DNA of 64,000 bases, from assembly GCF_964355755.1 (NCBI RefSeq), contig NC_092679.1:4556201-4620200 (forward strand), written 5' to 3'. Positions 1-13,513 of this stretch are shown here, piece after piece. A program made the translations under genes and the position numbers. Below the pieces are notes generated by a model. That model saw only the letters and a program-made list of their open reading frames with translations, did not search any database and had not been told where the DNA came from. Position 1 is the stretch's first letter. Each line of letters begins with the position of its first letter. The stretch is from Antedon mediterranea. Taxonomy: Eukaryota; Animalia; Echinodermata.

Positions 1-651
1 GGTTTAAAAGAGGTTCTCAAACTAGTTTTGAAAAAAGAAAATGTGATGTGCGCAAATATGGTAGTGATATGCCCAAATATGGTAGTGATATGACATCATC
101 ATGTCCATCTATGGGCACACTGCATTTCTGTTGTTGCATAAAGTTTACACCTATAACGGCAAATACTAAATTGACAATGTAACCGGCAAGGTAAAATATA
201 GCGACAAGAATGGTATATATTTGATACCTTGCAAAAGGGATAGATTTTCCATTTTCTAAAATATTCTAGTCTGAGTAAGCTTAGGGCAAATTATAATTAC
301 GAATATGTTTAACGAGAGGCAACAAAACAGCATTGATTATTGTGAGATGTATCTAAGGGTATTGACCCGTTCTGCAAAATACTTACATCATAGTACAAAT
401 TATGTGTATAGATTTCTTGCATAACAGCACTGTGATCAATTATGCGTTTGCCTGTTATCAATTTAAGAAGTCTGGGTTGGATTCTTAGACTAATCAAGTT
501 TAGTTTTCTTCTCATTCATTCACTTATTCAGACAGAACAATAAGAAATTCAAACAATAAAATAGAAAAAAACGATGTAGCAATATTCCTCTGTAAATATT
601 CTACATTACCCTATTTTTTTTATTCACTGTATAAAGCTCTGTATAAAGCTC

Positions 652-814
652 AGCTCTGTATACACTATCAAACTAGTTTGACAAAAAAACAGTGTTATTT
701 ACTCAAATATGATAGTAATATGCCCAAATATGGTAGTGATATGACATCATCATGTCCATATATGGGCACACCACATTTTGTTGTCACATAAAGTTTGATA
801 GTGTAGACATAGCT
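652..814. mobile_element. PIF/Harbinger-type MITE (family A)
   Basis: TIR agctctgtctacactatcaaact...agtttgatagtgtagacagagct with the internal cccaaatatggtagtgatatg repeat. A partial copy also lies at about 15-146. Confidence 0.8.
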
Positions 815-1857
815 TTAAATTTTTGTCTCATACTACTGCAAAGGTAGGTTTCATTGTAATGACGCTATATTGATAAATTAGAGCATTTGAACCCAAAACC
901 ATTGGATAGCAATGCAAGATAATGTGTACCCAGTAAATAATGCACGGAATGCTGACATTATTCTATTCACAATGTTCATTAGACGAATATTCCCAGTGGA
1001 ACGCCCACACATTTTGAAAATGAACGATTTTGATGTTTATTCGTTCATTTTATCGCCCGACTTTACTTCAACTTAACAAGCCTTACAACAGAAAGACAAA
1101 ATGGGTATAATCATGGCGTCTATGTCTATACTAGAATATTTTAAAATGCTACCTGACATAATGTTCGATATCATTATCACATAAACGTCAAAGATTTTAC
1201 CCTATCTAATATCCAAAATATGGGAGATCAAATTTGTTGACGTAAAATTTTTTAATTATAATTATAATTCCTTTTGGCTAAAAATTACAAATGAACTTTG
1301 CAATGCAGAATGATCTTTGCAATGCAGTATAAACAGAAGTTGGCCTCTACAAAAAAATAAAACAGATATTATAGAGTCAGTATCTCATGATGACAAACAA
1401 TGATCAGTCTAACTTCATGTTTATTACTTACAATATAAAATGCAAAATGCTTTATTTAGATTTGAATCTCACCCCTGAGCTAGCGCAGACGTTGTGTCCC
1501 CACCTAAAAGTGCCTCATATTTTTTGTCAGTAATTTAAAAGTACTGATCACTATAATGTTCATATTAGGTTAGGGTACATTTCGTTTGTATTCTCATTAA
1601 AGTAAAAATCTATTTTTATCAAATTACTAAACCTTCAATATTAAACCTCATGCATGAGATACGATCTGGCGTTGATTATTGCTACCCACGTATTGTAAGT
1701 GTTATAATTTACAAGCACACAATACACACTATATTAAAACTATCACTACAGTTAGTTTGTAAGACGGATAGGATATATATAGCACTAAAAACAAAGGAGA
1801 CCAAACAATTATCAATATCGTTACCAACTTGAATAAACAAATACTTGTGGTGTAGAG

Positions 1858-2461
1858 GGTCAAAGTTTATACCCATTCTGGTCAAAGTTCATCCCCACTC
1901 TTATAAAAGTTAATACCCACTCTTAGCAAAGTTCATTTCCACTCTGGTCTAAGTTCATACACACACTGGTCAAAGTTCATACCCACTCTGGTCGAAGTTC
2001 ATACTCAGTCTGATCAAAGTTCATACCCACTCTGGTCAAAGTTCATACACACACTGGTCAAAGTTCATACTCAGTCTGATTAAAGTTCATACCCACACTG
2101 GTCAAAGTTCATACCCACTCTAGTCAAAGTTTATACCCACTCTGGTCAAAGTTTATATCCACTCTGGTCAAAGTTTATACCCACTCTGGTCAAAGTTTAT
2201 ATCCACTCTGGTCAAAGTTCATACTCACTCTGATAAAGTTTATACTCACTCTGATCAAAGTTCATACACACTCTGATCTAAGTTCATACACACTCTGATC
2301 AAAGTTCATACACACTCTGATCAAAGTCCCATACCCACTGCTGGTAAAAGTTCATACCCACTCCGGTCAAAGTTTATATCCACTCTGGTCAAAGTTCATA
2401 CTCACTCTGATAAAGTTCATACTCACTCTGATCAAAGTTCATACTCACTCTGGTCAAAGTT
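1858..2461. repeat. Minisatellite, 22-bp unit ggtcaaagttcatacccactct, about 27 copies
   Basis: Directly visible tandem periodicity. Confidence 0.95.
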
Positions 2462-3311
2462 TTTGTTGTGTTGAAATTCATCTACACAGCACTGCAATGA
2501 CAGCTTAGAAACTCATAATAGGGTCACAGAACACTGACAACATCATTTAATACATAATAAGAATGAAATATAACATCACATCAAACTATTGACAATGACC
2601 TGGAAAGAAGTTCTATTTTGTCAAGAAACATTTTGTCTAATATCACTACACTATAAAAATAAATGTACAATACATATACATCTTACATCTTACATAAACA
2701 AATTATAGAAACAGTCTTGAGTTTGGAATTTGTCATAATGATATCAAGCAAGGCTGATCAATTCCATTATTTTTGTACATGTCTCTTGGCTATATTTGAA
2801 CCTACGACCTCATGTTGACAGGCAGTACCATACCATTATACCACTGCATTTATTGGACATGAATGATCTTCGTTAAAACATTTCTTTTATTGATTATGTC
2901 AGTGGCAGATCCAGAAAAACATGCACCTACAATCTTCATTTTGTTTATATTATCATAAAATAATATAATAATAAATTGATAGAAGACTGCACAAGTACAT
3001 GTCAGGAGCAGATTTTTAAAAAGGGGTAACAACTAACATTAACATACAGTATTAATAAAAATCGAAAAGTAGTTCATAATTTTATTTTAGTTCTGAAAAG
3101 AAGATTGCGTGACCCCCGGCTTGACCCTAGTAGATTCACCATATTACTTATTTTGATCTCCTTTCACACATTGTCTTCTTTTTTTTTCTTATAGTTCATA
3201 TATCTGTTCCTTTTGTTCAATGTGGGGAAAATAAATAAATGAAACAAACAAACAAACAAACACGGTGTTATTATTTACACAAGTTGTATTTTGATACCTC
3301 TCTTTACCTAA

Positions 3312-4102
3312 ACAAGGCCAACAGCCATTAAGTCGCGTGCTACAATGCATAGTGATACCGGACCGACAGACAGACCGACAGACAGACAGACAGAGAGACC
3401 GACCGACCGACATAGTGAACTATACTGACCGAAATTACTGAACATGTTTAAAAATGTTGAAATGTTTAAAAACATTTATTTTTTTTAAATTTACACGTGC
3501 GTAGCCTGTCACTTTCGACGTGCTCGTATAACGTAATTTCGAGTTGAAAAGTAAGTCAAGAAAACAGAAATCGGGCAAAAAGAGTGCGCAATAACATTTA
3601 ACGCGCAGTGCGCGCACAAAAATATGCGCACTCATGGCAATTTTGTAAACGCTTAAAATAGCCTGAAATGTACTCTTATTTCATCGAAAATAAATTTTGA
3701 AAATGTTAAGCGCGCGTACGCATGCGTTACATGCGCTACGCACGTAATTGTATTGCCATATGATGATTTATGCCCTGAAATTTATGAGTACCAAATTTTA
3801 TTTAATTGTGATTCATGGTTGTGAAGATATGATTACAAACGTGATTTCGTTAAATCGTGCGTAGACCGCGTAATTTTTTATTGCGCACCGTGAAAACATA
3901 ACCACATTGATTTCTGGCCATAAGGAATATACTGTGAAAAATTGACCTAGCTAGATTAAACTGATATCAAGATAAGGTCAGAAAGCGATAAAACGCATAG
4001 TGATACCGGACCGACAGACAGACAGACCGACAGACAGACCGACAGACAGACAGACCGACCGACTGACATAGTGAACTATAGAGTCGCTTCCACGCGACTA
4101 AA
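3312..4102 (-). mobile_element. Non-autonomous Helentron/DINE-1-like element, long form
   Basis: Subterminal inverted repeats agtcgcgtg / cacgcgact, terminal hairpin agtcgc-ttccac-gcgact, GACA/GACC microsatellites, inserted in an A-run. Internal direct repeat at about 3346-3424 and 3993-4080. Confidence 0.75.
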
Positions 4103-4864
4103 AACAAGTCTTAGGAAACATAACTTAACATACGACTATAAAAGTTATTTTCTAGTTCAGTTTACATCTTTTATCTCCAGTAATTTTTTTCCACATCTAA
4201 GTGATTAGAAACAACAAATAAAAGGGAAAACATGACTTGGATGTCAGGTAGCGGCATTAGTTATCGACAGGATCTTTAATTAAGCTTGTCTTTTTAAGTT
4301 GTTACAACTCTTATTGTCTGAAGATGTATGATGCATGAACGTCATCTCACTATCAATTCTTGCTTTGTTCGAAGTCAAACTAGTAGAAAGTAAGACACTA
4401 ATCTATAATAATAATATTGTGATTTACAATATCTCCTAAGGACGCAAGGCGATATGGCGACGTTATTACCCCCGGACATTCGATATGTAGCTGTTACAAT
4501 TTACAACATCTAGGCCATTCCATTGGGACTTAATTTCTAGAAAAGCAATGTGGAACATTACACTACTAATTTATATAGTGCTGTTCAAATTAATGTGCCT
4601 TTTAAGTTTCGCTGGGGTTTCATTGCAGCTACAATAATGAGGATATTATTACTACCTCTGGACAATTGACTGATGTGGCTTGGTGGTTAAGGTGCTTGTA
4701 TATGAATTACAGATGCCTTGGTTCAAATCACTGTACTATCTCAGCTCTTTTTTTTAAATAACAATACTGTACAATGTAATTGTCAACACTGAATATTTCC
4801 AAATAGAAAAAATACTATTCAACATTGTTGAAAATTATTAATTACTGTAAATTTATACATATAA

Positions 4865-5022
4865 AGCTCTATCTACACTATCAAACTAGTTTGACAAAAA
4901 AAGTGTGATGATCGATGCACAAATATGATAGTTATATGCTTAAATATGGTAGCGATATGACATCATCATGTCCATATATGGGCACACCACGTTTTTTGTC
5001 ACATAATAGTGTAGACAGAGAT
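4865..5022. mobile_element. PIF/Harbinger-type MITE (family A)
   Basis: Same TIRs, flanked by a TAA/TAA 3-bp target duplication. Confidence 0.85.
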
Positions 5023-5571
5023 TAACTCAAAATAAGTTTTCATTTGTATGCTTTTTTTTATTATGAATTGAACTACATACCCCACATACAAGAAACCTCA
5101 ACCACTAAGCCATTAACAATCGATCACGTAGCAGAAATTTGTAACACTACCTATATATAAGCAGACAATAATTGCACTCCAAATAGTTTTAAGTTTCTGA
5201 TTTATGCTCCAGTATTCGGTAGACTACTCCCAAGAGATATATGAGGTAATCTCCACATTGTATGCGCGAGAATAACGGTTACCGATATCCTGCGTTCAAA
5301 TTGGCTTTGAGTATTCAAACAATTCTAGCGCAATTACTATAAGTATTGGTATTAGCTTTGTATTGATATAATGTTATCGTGATTTACAACGCTTGATCTG
5401 TATTATCACAGCCATTAAATCTTTCTTTTAATATTATTATATGCTGTTTGTGTGTATAGATATTTAGTTTAATATTTAACACACATAGAGTGTATATACA
5501 GATGTTTCAAAATTACTTTGAAGATCATAAACATCAATAATACAAAATATAATTTTGTTTTGGATGCCTTA

Positions 5572-5694
5572 AGCTCTGTCTACACTATCAAACTAGTTTG
5601 AAAAAAGTGTGATAGTGATATTCCCAAATATGGTAATGATATGAAATCATCAAGTCCATATTGGTACATCACATTCTTTAGTGTAGACAAGGCC
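5572..5694. mobile_element. PIF/Harbinger-type MITE (family A), internally deleted
   Basis: Same TIRs, TTA/TTA target duplication. Confidence 0.8.
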
Positions 5695-5714
5695 TTAAGC
5701 TTATGCGATATCTG

Positions 5715-6110
5715 AGCTCAAACATTTTGGGAAGCGTACATTAAATTAATATGTCACTAAAAAAAAAAAGAATAAATTCCCCGAAAGGATCTCATACTCA
5801 TATGAAGTGTAAATCCAAACCATCATACGATTGAGTAAACAAACATTTTGGGAACTGACATTTAAAGTAACAAATAACTGAAAAAGAGAAAACATGTATT
5901 TTCTGACAGGATCTCATAAAAAGTGTCAGTTCAAACAATCATGGTATTGGAGCTTTGAGTGGTAAACATTTTGAGAACCCTAATATGTAAACGGAAAAAA
6001 AAATAAGCACATTTATTCTCGGAAATTTAAGATCATATACACAGGAGTAAAGTGTCAATTGAAAGCATCATGCGGTATCCAAGCCTTGGGTAAACACACT
6101 TCTGAGCATT
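5715..6110. repeat. Degenerate tandem repeat, about 125-bp unit, 3-4 copies
   Basis: Recurring aaacattttgggaa...gatctcata...agtgt...catca. Confidence 0.65.
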
Positions 6111-7625
6111 GTAGTTTCATCACATTGCACTGTACAGAGAATCAAGGGAATTATACTAATTATACAGCCACATCAAAGGTGTTTTACAAGACGTTGAACT
6201 CGGTTGGATTTTGAGTCAACTTTATGTTGTTTTAACAGAGGTATGATAATCTATTAACAATCATGTTAAAATCAATCGTTTGAAAATATATACATTATGT
6301 AAAAGCGTTTTTCTCTTTAAATTTGACAGAATCGTCATCGTCAAATTTCTTTTTCAATCATTGATTAGTCTTGCCATCACGCTATAAATTACACATGTCA
6401 TAGACTTGTACATGACACTTTTATTTCGAAAATATTTGTCAGTTTTGGTACATCATATGTTACTATTTATTAATATTAAAATAAATCTGTACAACAACTC
6501 TATTTTATTACTTACTCTTTTAATGCACAACTTTCCGAAGTCTCTTTTAAAATAGATATATTTGAATAATGTTTTAAAATACAACATAGTATGAGGTACA
6601 TTTACTCTACATTGAAGGTTACTATAAGAGATAAACGAGAAAAACTGTTATGTGAAATACACTGACTAATTCAATTCCATTAGAAATTACAAGTAAAGAG
6701 TTTAGAAAATAGATAAAACCTACAGATAGCTGGATTGAGTAAGGTAGCGTAATGTGTTTTTGTCGTTTATTATTACTTGTTTTACATGCGTTAGCTGAAA
6801 ATTATTGCATCTGTCTCCGCATGTAAACCCGTAAAGTGATTTTTGAAAATGTGGGTAATCAATTCAATGTTCACGTAACAACATAGAAATATTTTATCTT
6901 TAGATGTAATTTGATTTGGAGAAACTGCGAATTCTAATGTCCTAATATAATTATCACGCCTTACCTAAAGTGCTGTAATGTTTTAAATAACACGCAGTCA
7001 ATACGCGGTCACATTGACCGTGTTCGTGTTATAAAAGAAACTGTTGTATAAACTGTCTTGTTTTGTATTAAAAAGAGATGGCGGAATGGAATGTGTCTGT
7101 ATAATAATAAAATCTTTATTTTAAAAAGGAGGCTCGTTCACAACAAAATGTGTTCTTCCATGAGGCTGTATGAAAGAAATACAACTACAGTATCACAATT
7201 ATCAAACTGATGAACAAACAAGAAAAAAAAGGAGAAAAAAAGTATATAAATGTATATTAATGGATTTAAAGTTAGTAAATAAAATTAAAACAGAAACGCT
7301 AACAATTATAAAACCCATGACTACCAACAAAACATGCTTAAATTAAGAAGAAATTATTCTTTTGAAAGAGCATTTTTTGTTTATATCAATTTCGTTCCAC
7401 ATTTTTGCTTCACAGTATTAGAAATCTGTTGACTTGCTTTAGGCCAAAAATGTGTTATTCCTCATTGCCTTGTCCTTTGGATGAGACCTTAAACAGTTGG
7501 TCTTATCATGTAGCAACAATTGGTCCTATCAATAAAAGTATGAATTGTCTTCCTATGTGTTAACGTTAAAGCATGTTGCAAAAGATATAACATACATATT
7601 GTACATTTAAATCGTACAGTATGAA

Positions 7626-7786
7626 ATAGGAGGAGGAAAGAAAGAAAGGAGGGGAGAAGAGAGAAAAAGGAGGATATGAGAGGAAAGAGGAAGGGAGGAG
7701 AGGAGAGAGAAAGGAAAAAGAGATAGGGAAAAGAGAGAGGGGAAGGAAGAGGACAGAGGAGAAGGGAGAGAAGAAAAGAGAAGGGC
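7626..7786. repeat. Polypurine (GA-rich) low-complexity tract
   Basis: Almost exclusively G and A on the plus strand. Confidence 0.9.
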
Positions 7787-7805
7787 AGATACATATATAT
7801 CTCAT

Positions 7806-7989
7806 ATAAAGTAGAAACCTCCTTTTGTGACGTTCCTATTTACCGTAGGAGACATTCCTTTTAAGGGGACACTTTGCTGTGAAACTAATGAAGGTAAATA
7901 TGTTTTAATACTGTAACCAACCCTATTCAAATGACATGGGGACATCTTATGAGCCATGAAGGTATCCCCTTAATAGGAGGTCTACTGTA
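7806..7989. mobile_element. Tc1/mariner-type MITE with CAGT-like termini (family B)
   Basis: agtagaaacctcc...ggaggtctactgta inverted ends and internal ggggacac / tccccttaatag motifs. Relatives lie at 34576-35188, about 44870-44940 and 59062-59728. Confidence 0.55.
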
Positions 7990-9336
7990 GTGATATACCA
8001 AGCTCTGTATAACACAAGTTGTAATTATATATTATAATATATTATCTTACAAGAAATGTGGATATTAATATTCACAATACTTTATTAGGGTGATCAAAGC
8101 AGTCTAAAATCTCTTTGAGACTTTTGTACAAATAAAAAAGTATAACTAAAAAAATGAATTATTGTCCAAACTTAAAACACTTTTTAAATGTCAAACAAAA
8201 GTTTATGTGTTAAAATAACATGCCTCATATAAAACAAAAATTGTCTGAAATCTAAGAATTGTTTTACATTCCTATACATTACTATTCATTCTCTTGTTGT
8301 GTGTCGTATGCATTATTAAAGTAAATAGTGAATGAATATAAATGCCAAGTATAGCTTAAATAACACATTAAATGGCTGTCAGACTACAGTATGTGTGAAT
8401 ATGTGTGAAACAGTCTTTAGTTGTGATGATCATTACATTATTAGCCAATAGCAGATGGTGACATTTTAAAGACACTCATATTGAATATTCTAGAATGCGG
8501 ATAATAATGGCATAATACGTAATATTAATGATAAGATGAATATTGTATGAAATTTATTGATAGAATTATGATTATTATGATTATAATGATGATTATAATG
8601 ATGACAGTGCCCACAAATCCATTCATTATGGTATATTATAGTTATACATTTTACATAATAATTTTATTTTGAAAGTGGAAAGATAATGTCAGATATCAGG
8701 TGATGGAGAACAGGTGATGGCATTGATCAAAATTTAAATTCTGATAATTAAATTATGATAACAAAAATATCAATAATCTAATGATTATAATGATGAAGAG
8801 AGGACAGCATTCATAATGAGGATGACTTATAGTAAAAATAAAATATATGATGGAATTGATGATATTATAATTATTATTTGATGGCATTAATAATGTTAAA
8901 GTAATGTTGCTGGTTGAACAATGCTATATTGGCTAAAATAAAGATGAAGATAAAACAACAATTGTCACATATATAATATTCTATTCTGTGCCAAGTTATT
9001 TGTAGGCAAAATCATTAGAAAATGTACGTATTACATATTAGACCAATTTATTATGCGATAAAAGATAATCTTTAGTATAATTTTTCAATATCATTTATTG
9101 TAAAGCAGAATTATTTTGTAAATCTGTTTAATGTTGAAGTCAAACTACTTATTACTAAAGTATAAACCGAAATGGTCATCTATAAGAAATGTTAATGGAG
9201 GGTGAGAGAAAATTCAGAACGATTAATGCTCAACATAATGGACAGGGTTCACCGTAAGTGTTATTGGAAAAAAATAAGTCGTTTTTGCTCTCATTACGAT
9301 AGAGCCAAATATTTCTTTCGAATGAGAACTTATGAC

Positions 9337-9771
9337 TTATCCTAGTGAAATAAATAGCAAAAGTAAAGCTCTGTCTACACTATCAAACTAGTTTGACAAA
9401 GAAATGTGTCCACTTTTTAAATAGTTTTTGTATCCCATAAAACAAACATAATTTCTATGTATATTTTATATGCAAATGACAATAAATTGAAGTAATTTAC
9501 CACTGATGAGTTATTCTAGTGAAATAAATAGCAAAAGTAAAGCTCTGTCTACACTATCAAACTAGTTTGACAAAGAAATGTGTCCATTTGTAATAGTTTT
9601 TGTATATCTCATAAAACAAACATAATTTCTATGTATATTTTATATGCAAATGACAATAAATTGAAGTAATTTACCACTGATGAGTTATCCTAGTGAAATA
9701 AATAGCAAAGTAAATCTCTGTCTAACCAATAAAACTTATTTTTGTCACATAAAGTTTTATAGACAGAGCTT
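9337..9771. repeat. 174-bp tandem repeat (about 2.3 copies) containing truncated family A MITE ends
   Basis: ttat.ctagtgaaataaatagcaaaagtaaagctctgtct recurs at 9337, 9511 and 9685. Confidence 0.85.
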
Positions 9772-11238
9772 TAGGGGCAAGGGAGAAGAAAGGGCTAAAG
9801 CTAAAGGGGTATAATTTTTTAAATTTTTGATTAGAATATCAAACATTTTATGTATACATTTTAAACCATTTGGAAAAATATTTTGATATTATCATAAAAA
9901 TCATAAAAAAAATGTTAAATAAAACAGTGTATTACATTTGTTTCAAGATTCAATGAATGTTATTGGTTGACTTCAAATGGAAATTAATTTGTGGGGAGGG
10001 GGAGGGGAGGAGGGGGAATGTCAATTTACGAGAGTCATGTGACACTTTGTAATCGTTTTTGTTAGTTTTTGTATATCTCAGGGCAAACATAATTTCACAT
10101 ATATTTTATATTCAAATGACAATAAATGGAAGTACTTTCCCACAAATTAAATGAAAATTTGATATGGGTATCTTTTAAATAGAGTTGTCCAAAAGAAAGG
10201 GTTTTACTATTTGCTGTTGGATGGTGTGAAAATGAAAAATAATAATAAGTATATATGCAGGCATCAAATAGATTTTCTAAAAATAGTCATGCCCAACTTA
10301 CAAACCATAGGACAATGAATACAGATTTGAATGTCAATTTCCTATCTAATCACGTTCTATCATTAATATTAATAACCTTTAATAGCAGTAATTGTCTGGG
10401 GTTGTTATTCTAGGTTTGCGCACTCTTGCAAATGAGATTTAGGTTTGTAAAGCAATTTAAACGCATAATTTTTCTAATGCGCTTGTGTTTAGCAAGCATC
10501 ACATTGTATGTTAATTTGATGATATGAAAATATTAATATTTGAATTTGGGGTGAGGTCACTTTATAGTACAGGTTAAGTATAGTGATTAATTGCCACTGA
10601 AATCTATTCATTTTTGTGTGTGTTTCTAAAAAATGGCAAAATAAATACATAAGTAATGATGAATAAGAATTAATTAGGACAATTTTCTCATATATGGAAT
10701 AGTACAAGCCTAAATGCCTGCCCACAACTGTTCATGGTCTCGTTACGAATAACAACGGAGGGTATATCTCCATGAACTAACTATGAGACCATGGTGCTGT
10801 ACAATGTTGGTATATGGTAAAACTGTGGTAACCGTGTGAATGTTAACAATGTTAAAAAGTTTGATAAATACAATTATTTTTTCAAGTCCAGTGTGAACAA
10901 GACTTTAGGACAACAGATCATCCAAAATGTACAGTATTATCATTTTTTTAAATATTCAAATTGGGCTGTGACTCACGTTGATTTGACCTTGATTAAAAAT
11001 ACAAAAGGAAGAATGTTATTATTGAATGTTGTAGCTATAGGACAGCAGTGGCAGCTGCTGGAACAGTACTAAATTAAAATCAATAGACTCCTAGTGGCCA
11101 TAATAAATCATCTAGGTCAGTAATATACATTTCATAATATTAATGAGTTGTAAACGCAGTAGCTTCATTTAGATGGACAAAATAAACTACATTCATCATC
11201 TTTTCTAGTTTGTTCTTCTTTTCTTTAAAAATTGTAAC

Positions 11239-11650
11239 CCCAGGGGGTCACTCATAAATATTTTCATATAGCTGGTAGCACAAGTGTCACAAAATATGAG
11301 AAGGTGCAGCATTTATAGGTTATATTTCGAAAGATTTGGTAGCACAAGCGTGGGAAATGAAAGGGTGAAATTAGTAGTCCCTGGCCCGTCCAGTGTCAAA
11401 ATGTCACGATTTATCGCACAAATATAAAGGGATTTTAACTATGGCCATCGCTATGTATGTCTAGCCTATGTTATCGCAAAACTATTTGCCGGGAACTAGT
11501 ACAAATATTACGCCCTCTCTGGCATGGCCTTTTTCCTGTCGTCTTGGTAGTTCAAGTCCATAGAATTTTTCAGTAAAATAGGTAGCACAAGTGCTTCATG
11601 TCTCGAAGTGGCTGCTGCACCTTACCGTTTGGTTTGTATACAAGTGCCCC
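11239..11650. mobile_element. Degenerate TIR element with subterminal repeats
   Basis: Ends gggggtcactcata / tatacaagtgcccc. The motif ggtagcacaag occurs three times inside. Confidence 0.45.
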
Positions 11651-13513
11651 AAAACCAGTTCTAAAAATACCGGGATGGTGTCCGGCGGGGGATAGTTTCA
11701 CCATGTAGTTTAAGTTCTATTTATTTGTTGTTAGCCAAAACATTTCAATGCAATTGTTTTTTATATTTATAAATGACAATAAGTTTACTTACTTACTTAA
11801 TGTTGTTTTATGTATTAGATGTGTAAACATATATGCTACTGTAAATATATATAATAAAACATCTAGAATAAATTTTTTGTCCATGAGCAAAAAAATTGCA
11901 ATAATCTAACTAAAAAATGAGCAACACAACTAGGAAGAAAGAAAATTTGTTGGTAAATTAATTATTTAAAAGTTTGAATTGGCATGTCTAAAGTTGTTAA
12001 AATGCACACATTGCAACAGACCATATTAAATAGTTTGCTAAAACTAAAAATTTAGCTAGTTTTAAAATAGGTATAACAACTAACTAACAAATTGCTTTTC
12101 TGGTCAAATTGAGTGTTGATACAATAATTAATTATTATTAATATCTTACCTCCAATTGTAAAAAATAGAATATTACCATTTAGTTGTGAAAGTAATTAAA
12201 TTGTTTTTATAGTCTTTGGTCAACTTTAACCCAAATATTTTAATTGCAATATTATTGTATATTATTGTCATAACTAAAAGGTTACGAAATTAATACTACC
12301 AGTAGAATACTACAAGTATTTGTAAACTGTTATAGTGCCAGTTGTACGATTGGCTGCATACAGGTAATATCATAACCCTACCAGTAGACCACTGGGATTC
12401 CATGGTCAAGTCCTAGATAAACATTCTATAGAGTATAAAAAATAAACTCTATATCTAACTCTATAAAGAATAATATCAATATTGTACGTTATATAATTGT
12501 TACATAATTTAATAGAAAATCATGAAAAAAAAAATTGTCTAATGTTTATTTCCAAATAAATGAAGCTACAGTAATGTACACAAACCCACTGTTTTAGAAT
12601 ATTTCATTACACTAGTTAATGATCATATATAAAATGGTTCAGTCCAAAAAGAAACAAAAATACTCTCATTTTTAACTAATTGAAAACGCATAAATTAAAA
12701 TAATCTATATATAATTTAAACTATATAATTTAAGTTTATTTACTGTACATTTACTTGTTAATTAATTTTCAAAACTTATTTAGAAATATAATACTTGGGA
12801 ATATAATGGAACAGTCCATGACTTGTCTGTGGATTCTGATTGGTCAAGACACTGTAGGTGAGTTTTTAGTTTGTATAATATGTACACACAATGGATGGGA
12901 AGAAATGACTTTGTACGTCACCCAGGGCTTTTAAATGTCGTTGAAAATGACTAGTGATTCGTTGGCCTCTACAGAATGCAAAATATGTCAGGATAGTTGT
13001 TGTCATTGCAGCACACAGTCAAACACTATGGCGGCTACCCTTTCATATTGCTGACTTTTTAATTGGAGTTATTAATAAAAGCGCAGGTAGGAGAACAATT
13101 ATTTATATTTTCAATACGACTTGATTTCAACTAAAGATAGTGTTTGAAAAAAAACAACTTATTTTCAAGTTTGACAAATGATTATTAATCCAGATTTGAT
13201 ATTGTCATTTACATAAATTACTTGACGATAAAAATTGCTACACACGATATATTCACCAGAGGCCAGTTAAAGTTACCGGAAAATGTCTGTACTGTTATGC
13301 TATAATTATTCTAGTTCTAAGTTTGCTGTAAATAAGCGAGAAGAGAATAATTGATACTGAGCAATTACAGAAGGAAAGACATTGGATTAACCATTGTCTT
13401 TAATCAAACATGGATACTAAATAACAAAAGAGAGTCTTTAATTGTTTGTACATCGCCCTATTCAAATACCTTAGTGGTAATAGCAATGTTGCCAGGTGGC
13501 TAGTACTGAAGAC

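Noticed and set aside
1858-2461. Regular short repeats here, at 34611-35188 and at 36510-37043 as possible CRISPR arrays
   Set aside because: Units are contiguous with no unique spacers, there are no cas genes, and the context is eukaryotic.
9495-9545. CTGATGAG...GAAA within a 174-bp tandem repeat as a retrozyme hammerhead
   Set aside because: Stem II would be mostly G.U pairs, and no stem I complement follows a plausible cleavage triplet.
12800-12857. Minus-strand VLTNQ as the next RAD51B exon
   Set aside because: Wrong phase relative to the only acceptor, no similarity after TNQ, and ttgaccaatcag is a recurrent repeat/CCAAT motif.
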